A stretch of 17,050 nucleotides of DNA from Thermodesulfobacteriota bacterium (lineage in GTDB: Bacteria > Desulfobacterota > Desulfobulbia > Desulfobulbales > SURF-16): positions 1 to 17,050 of the forward strand of contig JBDLIE010000055.1 of the NCBI GenBank assembly GCA_039715015.1. The letters run 5' to 3'. This document shows, one piece after another, positions 14,909-17,050 of this stretch. Under the pieces are notes generated by a model. The model made no database searches. It had not been told where the DNA came from and worked only from the letters and a program-made list of their open reading frames with translations. Numbering within the stretch: the first letter of the stretch is position 1; every line of letters starts with the position of its first letter. A program made the translations under genes and the position numbers.

Positions 14909-17050
14909 TTAAAGGGCATCAATAATGGCGTTAAGGGTGGCGCTGGGCCGCATGGCCTCGGCGGTCTTGCTGTAATCAGGGCGGTAATAGCCATCAATAT
15001 CCACGGCCTGGCCCTGGGCGCTATTCATTTCGTCAACAATCTTGTTCTCATTGGCAGCAAGCTCCTTGGCAACTGGGGCAAAACGGCTGGCAATTTCAGT
15101 ATCCTTACTCTGCCCGGCAAGGGCCTGGGCCCAATAGAGGGCAAGGTAGAAATGGCTGCCCCTGGTGTCGAGCTCATTAACCTTACGTGAGGGTGATTTC
15201 TCGTTTTCAAGGTGGGCACCAATGGCCTGATCAAGGCTCTCGGCAAAGAGGGCCGCTTTGTCATTATGATAGGTAGCAGCGATATGCTCAAAAGAAGGGA
15301 CCAGGGCGCAGAATTCACCCAGGGAATCCCAGCGCAGATGGCCTTCTTGCAAAAATTGCTGAACATGTTTGGGAGCAGAACCGCCGGCCCCGGTCTCAAA
15401 GAGGCCGCCGCCATTCATCAGCGGCACGATGGACAACATCTTGGCGCTGGTGCCGAGCTCCAGAATGGGAAAAAGATCGGTGAGATAGTCACGCAGGACA
15501 TTACCGGTTACGGCAATGGTGTCCTCGCCCTTTCTGATCCGCTCTAAAGAGAGACGCATGGCATCCACCGGCTGCATGATCTTGACGGTGAGACCGCTGG
15601 TGTCATGGTTGGGCAGATAGGCGTTGACCTTGGCAATGAGCTGGGCGTCATGGCCGCGATTTTCGTCAAGCCAGAAGATGGCGGGGGCGCCACTGGCCTT
15701 GGCCCGGTTAACAGCAAGCTTGACCCAGTCCTGGATGGGGGCATCCTTGGTCTGGCAGCTCCGGTAGATATCGCCCTCCTCCACCTTCTGCTCAAGCAGG
15801 GTGGCGCCACTGGCAATATCAACCACCCGGACCACGCCATTGGCCGGGGCCTCAAAGGTCTTGTCGTGGGAACCGTACTCCTCCGCCTTCTGGGCCATGA
15901 GGCCGACATTGGAGACCGAACCCATGGTGGCCGGATCGTAAGCGCCGTTCTTCAGGCAATCCTCAACCACCTCTTGATAGATGGTAGCGTAACAACGATC
16001 AGGGACCATGGCAATGGTGTCGTGCAGCTTATCGTCCGGCCCCCACATCCTACCGCCATCGCGGACAACCACCGGTACAGAGGCATCGATGATGATGTTA
16101 TTGGGGACATGGAGGTTGGTGATCCCCTTGCTGGAATCCACCATGGCCAGTTCACAGTTTGTCTCATAGCAGGCCATGATATCGGCCTCAATCTCCGCCT
16201 TTTTGTCGGCAGCCAGGCTATCGATGCGGGCATAGAGATCAGCCAGGCCGTTATTGACATTGACGCCCAGGGGCTCAATGGCGGCGGCATGCTTATCAAA
16301 AACATCCTTATAAAAGACAGAGACGCAGTGGCCGAACATGATCGGGTCGGAGACCTTCATCATGGTGGCCTTGAGATGGAGGGAGAGCAGCAGCCCGTCC
16401 TTCTTGGCCGCAGCAATCTGCTCGCTAAAAAAGCTGCGCAGGGCCCGGACGTTCATCACCGATGAGTCAAAGACCTCACCGGCCTTAAGGGCTGTGTTTT
16501 CCTTGAGCACGGTAACAGCGCCGTCATCGGCCACAGATTCGATGCGCACCTCGCAGGCCTCAGCAACGGTAACGGATTTTTCACTGCCGTAGAAATCGCC
16601 ACCGCTCATATGGGCAACCCGTGAGTTGGAAACCTCGGGCCAGGCCTTCATCATCTTATGGGGATTCTTGCGGCCAAACTCTTTGACTGAGGCAGCGGCC
16701 CGGCGATCGGAATTGCCTTCACGCAATACCGGGTTAACCGCACTGCCGAGAACCCTGGCAAAACGAGCATGCAGCTCTTTTTCCTGGTCGCTCTTGGGCT
16801 CCTCAGGATAATCAGGGATATCATAGCCCTTGGCCTGCAGCTCCTTGATGGCATCCTGGAGCTGGGGGATGGAGGCGCTGATATTGGGGAGCTTGATAAC
16901 ATTGGTCTCTGCCACCTTGACCATCTTGCCGAGCTCAGCAAGATAATCGGGGATGCGCTGCTCCTCAGTAAGGTTCTCAGGAAAATTGGCAATGATCCGC
17001 CCAGCCAGGGAGATATCTTTGGCTTCAATGGTGATACCGGACCCCTTGGT
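14909..17050 (-). CDS. icd: Monomeric NADP-dependent isocitrate dehydrogenase, 5' end outside the window
   Basis: [88 protein letters not shown]. Frame is open to the window edge (...[14 protein letters not shown]...). Confidence 0.96.
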   Translation of the reverse strand, partial: TKGSGITIEAKDISLAGRIIANFPENLTEEQRIPDYLAELGKMVKVAETNVIKLPNISASIPQLQDAIKELQAKGYDIPDYPEEPKSDQEKELHARFARVLGSAVNPVLREGNSDRRAAASVKEFGRKNPHKMMKAWPEVSNSRVAHMSGGDFYGSEKSVTVAEACEVRIESVADDGAVTVLKENTALKAGEVFDSSVMNVRALRSFFSEQIAAAKKDGLLLSLHLKATMMKVSDPIMFGHCVSVFYKDVFDKHAAAIEPLGVNVNNGLADLYARIDSLAADKKAEIEADIMACYETNCELAMVDSSKGITNLHVPNNIIIDASVPVVVRDGGRMWGPDDKLHDTIAMVPDRCYATIYQEVVEDCLKNGAYDPATMGSVSNVGLMAQKAEEYGSHDKTFEAPANGVVRVVDIASGATLLEQKVEEGDIYRSCQTKDAPIQDWVKLAVNRAKASGAPAIFWLDENRGHDAQLIAKVNAYLPNHDTSGLTVKIMQPVDAMRLSLERIRKGEDTIAVTGNVLRDYLTDLFPILELGTSAKMLSIVPLMNGGGLFETGAGGSAPKHVQQFLQEGHLRWDSLGEFCALVPSFEHIAATYHNDKAALFAESLDQAIGAHLENEKSPSRKVNELDTRGSHFYLALYWAQALAGQSKDTEIASRFAPVAKELAANENKIVDEMNSAQGQAVDIDGYYRPDYSKTAEAMRPSATLNAIIDAL

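Noticed and set aside
1..17050. CRISPR arrays, tRNA/rRNA genes, transposases, integrases, selenocysteine readthrough
   Set aside because: None seen by eye; intergenic spaces are short and genes ending in TGA finish at family-typical C-termini.

Overview
GC-rich bacterial window, probably from an anaerobic Desulfobacterota-like organism (inferred from gene content only). Almost all genes lie on the minus strand. In transcription order: (1) a monomeric NADP-isocitrate dehydrogenase, cut by the window edge and followed by a perfect 19-bp hairpin; (2) a five-gene Nqr/Rnf-type membrane oxidoreductase cluster (nqrB-C-D-E-F-like) with no NqrA/RnfC gene; (3) a lipoate-dependent 2-oxoacid dehydrogenase operon (E1alpha, E1beta, E2, E3, lipB, lipA) that continues into an amino-acid dehydrogenase with Leu/Val/Phe-type specificity residues and a YngI/ACSF2-type acyl-CoA synthetase. 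A hotdog thioesterase converges on this operon from the plus strand, and a small exported monoheme cytochrome c with a SoxA/TsdA-like Cys motif lies divergent from the thioesterase. Most notable: the NqrA-less Nqr/Rnf hybrid next to a probable branched-chain amino-acid oxidation operon, a lipB frame with no canonical start codon, a structured switch-like element between E2 and E3, and a terminator-like hairpin with a possible antiterminator upstream of the cytochrome gene.
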